A DNA stretch of 51,963 bases from Acidobacteriota bacterium (GTDB lineage Bacteria > Acidobacteriota > Terriglobia > Bryobacterales > Bryobacteraceae), in the NCBI GenBank assembly GCA_040007495.1, contig JBDTUY010000001.1, forward strand, positions 1 to 51,963, in the 5' to 3' direction. Shown piece by piece: positions 33,902 to 42,549 of the stretch. The first letter of the stretch is position 1, and every line of letters starts with the position of its first letter. Made by a program: the position numbers and the translations under genes. The notes beneath the pieces are model-generated. The model searched no databases, was not told the DNA's origin, and saw only the letters and a list, made by a program, of their open reading frames with translations.

Positions 33902-34939
33902 TCAGTTCTTTATTGTTACGCCGCCGAAGACTGCGCCACCGGTGAGGATCAATCGCGGCGATCCGAGGTGGCCATTGGGCATGGTCTTGGTGAAGGTCTG
34001 GTTGTGAAATGCGCCGAAGACTCCGGTGCCGCGCATGTCTAGTTGCCAGGTCTGGGGGATCCAAACGTCAATACCGCCGAAGATCGCGTCACAGTGCAGC
34101 TTCATTGTGTCGAGTTTTGTGTTGGCCTCTCGCAAGTCTACTTGGACGCCACCGAATAGGGCAGAGATCTTACCGCCTTCAAATTCCTGGCAGGTAATTT
34201 TGCGCTGCGCACCGGAGAATACGACCTCTTCATAAATGGTTTTGGTGCCGGATTCACCGGCACCAGACCAACTGTTTGGATTATAGGGCTCGCTACTGAA
34301 TCGAGCTGTGTTTGGCGAGCCGGGAGTGCCGGGTCCGGTCGGTCCCGTTCCTCCAGGTCCCATTGGCCCAGAGCCTCCGGCTCCGCCACCCCAACCAGCG
34401 CCGGGAGGGCCGTTTCGCGGACCTCCGCCATCCAAATGTCGCAACAGCATCCAGACACCCACCCCAATCATCCACAACGGCCAGAACGATCGCCACGGGT
34501 TGAAGGGAATCAAGTTGAAGTTGTTCAGCAGTAGCAGCGTGCCAAACCCAGCGAAGGCCACACCCGTCCAACTAACGGAACGCTGGCTTGAAGTCAGCTT
34601 GGAAATGCCGAGGGCAATCAACAAAACGGGCCAGAAGCGGCCGATGTTGTCAAAGTAAATGATATTCAAATTGCGCAGCAGGAACGCTACGCCCATTAGA
34701 GTGACAAACAGGCCGATGAACAGGCCCCCGCCGGGGTTCCGGCCCCAGCGTTCCTGGCGGCGATGCCAACGGTCTTCACGGCGCTGGGCACGGGCGGCCC
34801 AACGGTCGGCTCGGGGGTCCCAAGGGCCGCCGGGAGGAGGGGGGGGCGGCGCTTGTTGAGATTGCTGGGGGTCGGGGGACGACTGCGGGCGCTTCGCTCC
34901 TTCCGGGAAGGGAGGTTGTTGAGGATTTTCCGGTTGCAT
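33902..34939 (-). CDS. LiaF-like cell-envelope stress protein (Pro/Gln-rich N-tail, 4 TM, Gly/Pro linker, DUF2154-type C-domain)
   Basis: TM block LFIGLFVTLMGVAFLLRNLNII..FWPVLLIALGISKL..GVAFAGFGTLLLLNNF..FWPLWMIGVGVWMLL (LiaI-LiaF-like). The C-terminal ..ISALFGGVQVDLREA..LHCDAIFGGIDVWIP..MRGTGVFGAF..LTGGAVFGGVTI matches the repeated FGG pattern of LiaF C-domains. Confidence 0.7.
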   Translation of the reverse strand: MQPENPQQPPFPEGAKRPQSSPDPQQSQQAPPPPPPGGPWDPRADRWAARAQRREDRWHRRQERWGRNPGGGLFIGLFVTLMGVAFLLRNLNIIYFDNIGRFWPVLLIALGISKLTSSQRSVSWTGVAFAGFGTLLLLNNFNLIPFNPWRSFWPLWMIGVGVWMLLRHLDGGGPRNGPPGAGWGGGAGGSGPMGPGGTGPTGPGTPGSPNTARFSSEPYNPNSWSGAGESGTKTIYEEVVFSGAQRKITCQEFEGGKISALFGGVQVDLREANTKLDTMKLHCDAIFGGIDVWIPQTWQLDMRGTGVFGAFHNQTFTKTMPNGHLGSPRLILTGGAVFGGVTIKN

Positions 34940-34981
34940 GGGTCGATAGTAGCAACGGAACGGGGAATGCTTGCCTATAGA

Positions 34982-35016
34982 TCGGTGAGTGACGGTCGGG
35001 TGCCGGTGAATGACGG
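34982..35016. promoter_or_regulatory. Two 14-bp direct repeats phased 21 bp apart (candidate LytTR-regulator binding site)
   Basis: CGGTGAGTGACGGT (34982..34995) and CGGTGAATGACGGT (35003..35016) are 13/14 identical. They lie 43-77 nt upstream of the LiaF-like ATG (34939). Confidence 0.35.
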
Positions 35017-35134
35017 TGGGGGTGGGGGATGGTGATTCCCGTTATCTAGAACGCAGTCGTGCTGGGGTGAGGAAAAAGGTGAAGGTTGTGGAAGACAAAC
35101 AGAAGCGGCTTCCTCATGAAGGCCTCCATGCAAG

Positions 35135-35698
35135 CTAAAGCTCGCGCCCCATCCCTACACTACGTTCGGCCTGCCACAGGTGACGTCGATCATGCGCGGC
35201 TATGGTGCTTAGGCCCGCGATTACACTCAGGTTCATCGATCTTGCGGGGTGGATGAAGCGCACGCGTTCCAACTGCTCGATCGGCTTCTGCAGCAGTGCG
35301 AGCAGCGGCGCGTGACTCGCAACGTAGGCGTCCAGGATCTCCTTCGGTGATTGTTCTGCGATGCCGGAATCCGGAGAGATCACGGCCGGGGCTTTGAATT
35401 TGAACCTTACGGGAGGCTCGATCTGTTTGAGCATCCAGGACTCCATCCAGGCGGGGAGTGAAAAGCTGAAGAAGGGTGCGGAGGCCCGATTTCCAGCAGC
35501 TCGGGCTTCCACTGCTTCGTGCATGGCTCGGCTGAGCATGGTGTTGGTGAGAATCAGGTGCTGGATGCAATCGACTGCATTCCATTGATTATTCTTACGA
35601 AGCTTCAACTGCGCGTGGGGAATACTGAGCAGTCTGCTGGCGGTGGTTTGGTTAGCTTGATACTGAAGCGCTAACTCGGAGGGATTGCCGATTCTCAC
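35135..35698 (-). CDS. DinB-superfamily (DinB_2-like) protein
   Basis: Four-helix-bundle pattern with conserved His positions (..CIQHLILTN.. and ..IAAHDRRHLWQAE). The size is 187 aa. Confidence 0.7.
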   Translation of the reverse strand: MRIGNPSELALQYQANQTTASRLLSIPHAQLKLRKNNQWNAVDCIQHLILTNTMLSRAMHEAVEARAAGNRASAPFFSFSLPAWMESWMLKQIEPPVRFKFKAPAVISPDSGIAEQSPKEILDAYVASHAPLLALLQKPIEQLERVRFIHPARSMNLSVIAGLSTIAAHDRRHLWQAERSVGMGREL

Positions 35699-35753
35699 GC
35701 TAAGAGAGACGCGGAAGAATCGGCAAAAGTTTGATCGAAGGTCGCCTACTTTG

Positions 35754-36275
35754 TTACTTTGCCGCAGCCGGAACCGGGCGCGTGAGGTGGAACGACATCA
35801 GGACCAGCGTTCCGTTGATTTGACTGAACCAGTGTGCTGTCTTCTCCGGCACTACGATGAAGTCGCCTTTCCCGATGTTTCGGGTGTCGCCGCCTTCTAT
35901 GGCCGAGCCTGTCAGGTTCACGCCGTTGCGGGTTTCGCCCACCAGTTTGCCGCCAGTCACCATGGTCGCTGTGCCGTCGATGACGTAGAACATTTCGGCT
36001 TCAGTGTCATGGATGGCGGCCGGACCGATCGAAGACCGATACTCCATGCTGACGTTGTAGGGGTCGAGGCGCAGCAGATTCTGCGCGATGGTCGCAGTGC
36101 TCTTGGCGGCGTTCTGCTCCTTTGCCTTCGCTATGAGCGCCTGAACCTCGGCAGCCGATGTGTATAGCTTCGGGGCTGCGGGCCCTTTCCCGCCTCCCCT
36201 TTGCTGACCGCCGCCTTGGGCGATCAAAACTCCGGCGGCAACGGCGATGGCGGTTGAGAGGACGATTAAGCGCAT
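35754..36275 (-). CDS. Secreted cupin-domain protein
   Basis: Start at MRLIV (GGAG upstream) inside ORF 35754..36665; the upstream part is antisense to the phosphatase gene. Signal peptide LSTAIAVAAGVLIAQ. The cupin core is IHDTEAEMFYVIDGTATMVTGG..GDFIVVPEKTAHWF. Confidence 0.65.
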   Translation of the reverse strand: MRLIVLSTAIAVAAGVLIAQGGGQQRGGGKGPAAPKLYTSAAEVQALIAKAKEQNAAKSTATIAQNLLRLDPYNVSMEYRSSIGPAAIHDTEAEMFYVIDGTATMVTGGKLVGETRNGVNLTGSAIEGGDTRNIGKGDFIVVPEKTAHWFSQINGTLVLMSFHLTRPVPAAAK

Positions 36276-36402
36276 AGAATCTCCAGAACCATATTTGAGC
36301 TCGATTGTTAAACGCGTGTTAAGCGCGAGAAAGCAATGAAGAAATCCTAACACAGCGGCGCACAGCTTTCCCGCAAGAATACCGATACGCTTAGAAGATC
36401 CC

Positions 36403-37008
36403 ATGCAAACCTCCGCTTCGCAGCAAATTCTGCTGATTCGCCACGGTGAAACCGAATGGACGCTTTCCGGGCAGCACACGGGGCGCACCGATATTCCTTT
36501 GACCGACAATGGTCGCGAGCAGGCGCGAGCCACGGGCCGATATTTAGAGGCTGAGCGAGCCGCTGGCAAGTGGAATGGAAGTGTCCACGTGTGGACCAGT
36601 CCGATGCATCGCGCTAAAGACACGTGCGAGCTTGCGGGGATGAGCTCGGGTGCCGACATCGACACGGAACTAATGGAATGGAATTACGGCGACTATGAAG
36701 GCCTGACCACGGCGAAGGTCCGCGAAACGATTCCCGATTGGTCGGTGTGGACGTCGCCTATTCTGCACGGAGAATCGGTGGAGCAGGTCGGTGCGCGCGC
36801 GGATCGCGTGATCGCCAGGGCAGCGGTGCTGGGCGCGGAAACGGTGCTGCTATTTGCGCACGGTCATATTCTGCGTATCCTGGCGGCTCGCTGGATCGGG
36901 TTGCCGGCGACAGGCGGAAGTCTATTGGGCCTGGACCCTGCGACGATCAGCATGTTGGGCTATGAACGGCAGACACGCGTGATCCGGCGTTGGAATCTGG
37001 TTCCCTGA
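36403..37008 (+). CDS. Histidine phosphatase (phosphoglycerate-mutase-like) family protein
   Basis: LLIRHGETEWT (RHG catalytic motif), ..TSPMHRAKDT.., ..EWNYGDYEG.. and LFAHGHILR. Confidence 0.88.
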   Translation: MQTSASQQILLIRHGETEWTLSGQHTGRTDIPLTDNGREQARATGRYLEAERAAGKWNGSVHVWTSPMHRAKDTCELAGMSSGADIDTELMEWNYGDYEGLTTAKVRETIPDWSVWTSPILHGESVEQVGARADRVIARAAVLGAETVLLFAHGHILRILAARWIGLPATGGSLLGLDPATISMLGYERQTRVIRRWNLVP

Positions 37009-37266
37009 AGCGGGAACTTTGCTATGAAACTGTAACCTTGCGGGAATCCCGGTTTTGCTACCATGAAGGCAGATGTTACTCTTGCCGCCGCATCAGCGGA
37101 TGGTTCGTTTCATCGAGTTCGATCTGCACGTGGGCAGTCTGTTTGCGGCCCACAATCCTCTATCGCGCCCTGACGCTTTTCCAATTTCTTTCATCCACGA
37201 CGACCTCGATTTTTCATCCGTCCCATTAAACGCATCTTCACTTGATCACGCTTCGCACATAACCCA

Positions 37267-38352
37267 ATGACGTCTACCGTTCAGATTACCCGTGGCATTG
37301 AATCGCTATTCGGTACCCGAGACGAGAACATGCGGCTGATCGAGGCCGCGTTGAACGTCCGCACGCGGCTGCGCAGCGAGGCGATTGAAGTGGAAGGCGA
37401 CGAGGCGTCGGTAGCCCGCGCATCCGCGATCTTCGACGACTATGCGGTGCTGGTCGGCAAGGGTCAGGTATTCAGTGACGGCGAGCTCAACAGCTATCTG
37501 CGCGTGGTGACAGCCGATCCGCAGATCAGCTTGAAAGAACTGGTGGAAAGCGGCAGGCAAAGGACTTTCGGCAAGAAAGTCATCGCGCCCAAGACGTTGA
37601 CGCAGCGCCGCTACTTGAATGCGATTGAGCATTCCGATTTAGTCTTCGGTATTGGACCGGCCGGTACCGGAAAGACCTATCTGGCGGTGGCGATGGCGGT
37701 GAATGCGCTGTTGGCCAAGCAGGTCAGCCGCATCGTACTGACGCGGCCCGCCGTGGAAGCGGGCGAGCGGCTGGGGTTTTTGCCCGGCACGTTGCAAGAA
37801 AAGATCGACCCCTATCTGCGTCCCTTGTATGACGCGCTGCATGAAATGCTGGACCCGGAGAAGATCGAGAAGCTGTTCGAGCGCAACACGATTGAGATCG
37901 CGCCGTTGGCCTTTATGCGCGGCCGGACCTTGAGCGATAGTTTCATCATCATGGACGAGGCGCAGAACTGCACGCCGGAACAGATGAAGATGATTCTGAC
38001 GCGGCAGGGCTTCAATTCGAAGATGGTGGTGACGGGCGATCCGACGCAGATCGATCTGGGGACAGGTAAGCTGAGCGGATTGGCGGAGGCCGTGGACGTT
38101 CTGCGGGGCGTGGAGGGCGTACAATTCGTCCAGTTCGACGACCGGGACGTGGTGCGCCACAGTCTGGTGCAGCGCATCGTGAAGGCGTACGAACGATACA
38201 ACGAAGCCATCGGCCGCAGCAGTCAAATGAAATTGAATCTGGGTGCAGTAAAGCCCGATGCCAAGAATGGAGCCGCGCCGACGCAACCTTCGACGGTGGT
38301 TCCGGTCCCCGTACCCGACCCGACGATTGCCGATCGCGACGTGACTATTTAG
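37267..38352 (+). CDS. phoH: PhoH-family ATPase (YbeZ-like)
   Basis: Walker A GIGPAGTGKTYLAV, LTRPAVEAGERLGFLPG, Walker B FIIMDEAQN and VVTGDPTQIDL. It is followed by ybeY. Confidence 0.93.
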   Translation: MTSTVQITRGIESLFGTRDENMRLIEAALNVRTRLRSEAIEVEGDEASVARASAIFDDYAVLVGKGQVFSDGELNSYLRVVTADPQISLKELVESGRQRTFGKKVIAPKTLTQRRYLNAIEHSDLVFGIGPAGTGKTYLAVAMAVNALLAKQVSRIVLTRPAVEAGERLGFLPGTLQEKIDPYLRPLYDALHEMLDPEKIEKLFERNTIEIAPLAFMRGRTLSDSFIIMDEAQNCTPEQMKMILTRQGFNSKMVVTGDPTQIDLGTGKLSGLAEAVDVLRGVEGVQFVQFDDRDVVRHSLVQRIVKAYERYNEAIGRSSQMKLNLGAVKPDAKNGAAPTQPSTVVPVPVPDPTIADRDVTI

Positions 38353-38396
38353 TTTGCGTGTTAGTTTGCGTGTCCGAATCCTATGAAGTCGCTTCT

Positions 38397-38924
38397 ATGA
38401 AACCCACAGCTGCCGCTATGGAAAGCTCTCTCCTGTTCCAACACCCGAGCCGCAGAGTGCGCCGCACGGAGCTGCGGATGTTCTGGTTGGACCTTGCGAA
38501 ACGCGTCTCGCCGGGACGCACCGCATCCTGCCTGATCACGGGCGACGAGGAATTACGCCGCATGAACCGGCAATTTCGGCACAAAGACTACGCGACCGAC
38601 GTGCTCTCGTTTCCTACGGGAAACGAGGACGGCATGCTGGAAGAGAACATGCTGGGTGAAATCGCGATCTCCTTCGACCGGGCCGCCGAACAAGCTGCGG
38701 ACCTTGGCCACGGTGTGGAGGAGGAGTTGCGCATTTTGATGTTGCATGGTCTGTTGCATCTGATCGGACTGGATCACGAAACCGACGCTGGTGAAATGGC
38801 GAAGGCCGAGGCAAGCTGGCGAAGGAAACTCGGGTTGCCGGTGGGCTTGATCGAAAGAGCTTCGCTGGAAGGTGCGAAGCCCAAACGGAAGGCGGCAACT
38901 AAGCCGAAGGCCCCGGGACGATGA
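38397..38924 (+). CDS. ybeY: rRNA maturation endoribonuclease YbeY
   Basis: DYATDVLSFP and the metal motif HGLLHLIGLDHE. The start is uncertain (38358 GTG, 38397 ATG or 38418 ATG). A Lys-rich C-terminal extension is present. Confidence 0.9.
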   Translation: MKPTAAAMESSLLFQHPSRRVRRTELRMFWLDLAKRVSPGRTASCLITGDEELRRMNRQFRHKDYATDVLSFPTGNEDGMLEENMLGEIAISFDRAAEQAADLGHGVEEELRILMLHGLLHLIGLDHETDAGEMAKAEASWRRKLGLPVGLIERASLEGAKPKRKAATKPKAPGR

Positions 38925-40195
38925 TTCTGGGCCTGACAGTTCTTGCTTTGCTGATGGCGCTACTGGTCACGGTCGTGACCTGCGTGCAGTTGTTCTATCT
39001 GGAATCGATGCGCATCCGGAGCCGTGACTTGCCGTCGCTCCAATACTTCAAGGAGACTCTGGAACCCAAGATCGGCCTGGATACGGAACACGGGGCCGTT
39101 ACGTTTTCGATCGTCAAGCATACGGGCTTGGGGATTCTGGGTTGCCTGATTTTTGGCATCACGCTCAACGGCGCGGAGATGTGGCAGGCCTTTGCCGGAG
39201 CCTGTTTGTTGTCGTCTCTGGTGGCGATCTTCGGAGCGCATCTGATTCCGCAAGTGGTGTATCGCAAGACCAGCGCGCACGCGTTTTTGGCGCTGGTGCC
39301 TGTGCTTCGCCTGATCGCGTTCATCGCCAAGCCGCTGACCTGGTCGTTGGAATTCCTGAGCTCGCTCTTCGACCTGAGCAGCGACCATCCCGATCAAGCC
39401 GCATCTTCTGAAGAACCCATTGAAGCTTTGATCAACGCCGGGGAAGAAGAAGGCATCATCGAAAAGGGTGATCGCGAGCTGATTCAATCGGTGGTTGCAT
39501 TCGGCGATAAGACGGTCCGGGAAGTGCTGACGCCAAGGCCGCGCGTGGTCGGAATTCCGCAGAACGCAAGCCTGGAACAGTTGCGGAAGTTAGCCATCGA
39601 TGAACAATACTCGCGCGTGCCGGCCTATGACCGCGATATCGACGCGATCACCGGATTTGTTCATGTGCGCGACATGTTCGAGTTGGATGAGGAAACCCGG
39701 GCGAAGAAGACCGTGCGGGATATCCTGCGGCCCATTCGCGCGATTCCGGAATCCAAGCCCGTCACTCAGTTGATGCGCGAGATGCAGGAAGAGGGCGGTC
39801 ACATGGCGGTCGTCGTCGATGAGTACGGCTCGACTGCCGGCATCGTGACCATGGAAGATCTGGTGGAAGAAATCGTCGGAGAGATTCACGACGAACATGA
39901 ACCGGATCGCGATTATCATCAGAATCCGGATGGGAGCTACACACTATCGGGCAGCTTCGATCTGGACCGCTTGCGCGAGCTACTGGGCTTTCAGAAACCC
40001 GAGGGCACGGAATCGACCACGGTCGGCGGGCTGATGACAGAGTGGCTGGGCCATGTTCCGGTGGTGGGCGAGACCATTGAGCGGGATGCGATTCAGATAA
40101 AGGTGACGGCCGCAAGCAATTTGCGCGTGGACCAGGTTCAGGTGGCGAAGCTGGAAGCTCCCACGGAGCCGGAAGACCCGGCGCCGGAACTCTAG
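38921..40195 (+). CDS. CNNM/DUF21-CBS-CorC_HlyC family protein (CorC/TlyC/YbeX-like)
   Basis: ATGA overlap with ybeY. Four N-terminal TM helices (DUF21) and a CBS pair (..VREVLTPRPRVVGI.. and ..HMAVVVDEYGSTAGIVTMEDLVEEIVGEI). The C-terminal transporter-associated domain is ..TVGGLMTEWLGHVPVVGE. Confidence 0.88.
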   Translation: MILGLTVLALLMALLVTVVTCVQLFYLESMRIRSRDLPSLQYFKETLEPKIGLDTEHGAVTFSIVKHTGLGILGCLIFGITLNGAEMWQAFAGACLLSSLVAIFGAHLIPQVVYRKTSAHAFLALVPVLRLIAFIAKPLTWSLEFLSSLFDLSSDHPDQAASSEEPIEALINAGEEEGIIEKGDRELIQSVVAFGDKTVREVLTPRPRVVGIPQNASLEQLRKLAIDEQYSRVPAYDRDIDAITGFVHVRDMFELDEETRAKKTVRDILRPIRAIPESKPVTQLMREMQEEGGHMAVVVDEYGSTAGIVTMEDLVEEIVGEIHDEHEPDRDYHQNPDGSYTLSGSFDLDRLRELLGFQKPEGTESTTVGGLMTEWLGHVPVVGETIERDAIQIKVTAASNLRVDQVQVAKLEAPTEPEDPAPEL

Positions 40196-40475
40196 TGGGT
40201 TGGCGGACACGATTTAGCCGCCGATGAACGCAGATTAACGCCGATAAATCATTTTCGAACTGCGTTAAGTTCGGCCAAATAAAGCTCGGTATCGATCAAG
40301 CCGTTGGTGGAGTGCGGCCTTCAGACCGCGCGGGGCTTTAGTCCCGCAGTTCGACTGGCTTGGCTCAAGCCAAGCGCGGCCTAAAGCCACCCTCCATGGT
40401 CGCGATACATGACTCGGTATTTGTGCTGCGCCACACTAGGTCATACTTTAAACAAGCCTTGAAACACACATCGAA

Positions 40476-41504
40476 ATGAGCAGCATGCCCCAGCCTCCAA
40501 AGCCAACCCAAACGAGCCCAGCTAAAACCAGCCAGACCAAGTCCATCAAGAAAAGCAAGAAGAAGTTCGTTTGTGGATTTGTGTCCATTCTGGGCAGGCC
40601 GAATGCCGGCAAGTCGACGCTGATGAACGCGCTGCTGGGGACAAAGATTGCGATTGTCGCGGCTCGACCGCAGACTACGCAGAACGCGATTCAAGGGGTT
40701 GTGAATGCGCCCGGAGCGCAGATTGTATTTGTCGATACACCCGGCATCCATAAATCGAACACGCTGCTGAATCGGCGGATGATGGACGACGTTCGGACCT
40801 CGGCCCCGGCGGATGTAATTCTATTCCTGGTGGATTCAACCTCGCGTGTCGTCGAGGAAGATTCTCAGGCGGTCGACCTTGTTCGGAAGGCAGCGAAACC
40901 CCACAATGATGAGGAAGGCCAATCGGCCACGCCGGTGATCGCGGTGTTTAACAAGATCGATGCGCTTTCGTCGAAATCGAAGGTTCTGAATCTGATTGAG
41001 CATTATCGTGGCTTGTATGACTTCGACGCGCTTATCCCGATCTCGGCTAAGTCCGGCGACTCGCTCGATGTGCTGCAACGCGAGATCATCCAGCGCCTAC
41101 CCACGGGACCTGCGCTGTTTCCAGAGGATCATTTGACCGATCAGCCGGAGCGGTTTCTGGCTGCGGAGTTGATTCGCGAGCAGGCACTGCGTCTGACGCG
41201 CGAGGAAGTGCCGCATGCACTGGCCGTCATGATTGAGCGCTGGGAAGAAGTAGGACAGGGGCCGGTTCCCACGCTGGTGCGGATCGCCGCGACCATTTAC
41301 GTCGAGCGGCAGGGCCAGAAGACGATCGTGATCGGTGCGGGCGGGTCCATGCTTAAGAAGATCGGGACTCTGGCACGGCGCGAGATCGAAAAGCTGACCG
41401 GCAAGAAGGTGTTTTTGGAGACCTTCGTCAAGGTGCAGCCGAATTGGCGCGAGGACCCAGAGTTTTTGGCGGCGACGCATTGGCGGACTATGCTGGGCGA
41501 GTGA
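40476..41504 (+). CDS. era: GTPase Era (with ~35-aa Lys/Pro/Thr-rich N-terminal extension)
   Basis: G1 [15 protein letters not shown]3 DTPGIH, G4 NKID. The C-terminal KH domain is ..IAATIYVERQGQKTIVIGAGGSMLKKIG. Confidence 0.95.
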   Translation: MSSMPQPPKPTQTSPAKTSQTKSIKKSKKKFVCGFVSILGRPNAGKSTLMNALLGTKIAIVAARPQTTQNAIQGVVNAPGAQIVFVDTPGIHKSNTLLNRRMMDDVRTSAPADVILFLVDSTSRVVEEDSQAVDLVRKAAKPHNDEEGQSATPVIAVFNKIDALSSKSKVLNLIEHYRGLYDFDALIPISAKSGDSLDVLQREIIQRLPTGPALFPEDHLTDQPERFLAAELIREQALRLTREEVPHALAVMIERWEEVGQGPVPTLVRIAATIYVERQGQKTIVIGAGGSMLKKIGTLARREIEKLTGKKVFLETFVKVQPNWREDPEFLAATHWRTMLGE

Positions 41505-41619
41505 GGTTGCGAGTGTTTTAGGCCGCGAACTCGGCTGGCCCTCGTTTTTCTTGTGAGTTTGGGATAATCTGGTCGTGGATATAGCCACAAATGTCCCGAT
41601 ATTAGTTGGAGGCATTCTC

Positions 41620-42549
41620 ATGAACCGATTTGCAATTAGGTGGATGGCAGTGGCGGGTGCGCTGCTGGCTCCTGTGGTTGGCTTCGGAAAACCTGCCTGC
41701 TCCCGCGCCGGACTGAGTGCGACTGCGGAGCTCTATGTTGCCGCCCAAATGCAGGGGGACACGCGGAGGCTGCCCGCGAAGTTCGTGCCGGGAATGGGCA
41801 GGGAGGTGAGTGGTCTACCGGTGGCGGTCCGGTTGGGTGTTTCGGAAAATTTCGGAACCGGCGGCGGCTTATGGGGCAAGCCGTTAAAGATCGATCAGCA
41901 CCGAAACATCTTGGATGCGACGATCTGCGAGGCGTTTACGGAGGGTCTGGTTACCGACAAGGTCGATCCGTATGCGTTCGGAACGAGGCTGCATATAGCT
42001 ACAGAAGTCCCGGGGGAGACCTCGGATGTCCCTAGAGACGTGGTGGGGGAAATCGAGATCGTATGGGCATCCAAGGATAAGCGCGATTTGGATCGCAGTT
42101 TTGACGTGGATAGCTACCTCAGAAACTCGTCCACCGAGGATTGGAGCGACATTCCTGCGGCCACGCGCGACACGCGCGATAGGTTGCAGTCCGTTGCAAA
42201 CACCTACTTGGATGCGCTGCTGAAAGGCCAGGCGGATGTGGAGCCGTGGGGCCTCCCCTGCGCGCGGCCTGCCGCGAATGGTTCCTGCCAAGTGAGTGTG
42301 CCGAGCGGGACGGTGAACATCGAGAACCGGCATTACGTGATCGACGAGACTATCGGAGCCATCGCGGTATTCTGTACGTTGGGAGTAGACCCAACCAGCG
42401 GTCGCATCCGAACACCGGATCTGCATGTGTTTCGCGTGGAGAATGGAAAGGTCCGTTACGTTCACGCGATTACGCATCCGGTCGGACCGGCAGGCTCCGT
42501 GCAGGCGAAAGCTTACACGCCTGCGGCAGGACCCGCTGGTCGGAAATAG
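41620..42549 (+). CDS. Secreted hypothetical protein (5 Cys; family not recognised)
   Basis: Start at ATG 41620 (GGAGG lies 9 nt upstream) in ORF 41575..42549. Signal peptide MAVAGALLAPVVGFG. The C-terminal ..HVFRVENGKVRYVHAIT is reminiscent of NTF2/SnoaL-like folds, which is weak. Confidence 0.5.
   Translation: MNRFAIRWMAVAGALLAPVVGFGKPACSRAGLSATAELYVAAQMQGDTRRLPAKFVPGMGREVSGLPVAVRLGVSENFGTGGGLWGKPLKIDQHRNILDATICEAFTEGLVTDKVDPYAFGTRLHIATEVPGETSDVPRDVVGEIEIVWASKDKRDLDRSFDVDSYLRNSSTEDWSDIPAATRDTRDRLQSVANTYLDALLKGQADVEPWGLPCARPAANGSCQVSVPSGTVNIENRHYVIDETIGAIAVFCTLGVDPTSGRIRTPDLHVFRVENGKVRYVHAITHPVGPAGSVQAKAYTPAAGPAGRK

Noticed and set aside
35014-35030. G-quadruplex in GGTGGGGGTGGGGGATGG upstream of the LiaF-like gene
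   Set aside because: There are only two long G-runs. Four are needed for an intramolecular G4.
36276-36665. N-terminal 130 codons of ORF 35754..36665
   Set aside because: It is antisense to the histidine phosphatase gene. The cupin protein has its own SD, ATG and signal peptide at 36275.
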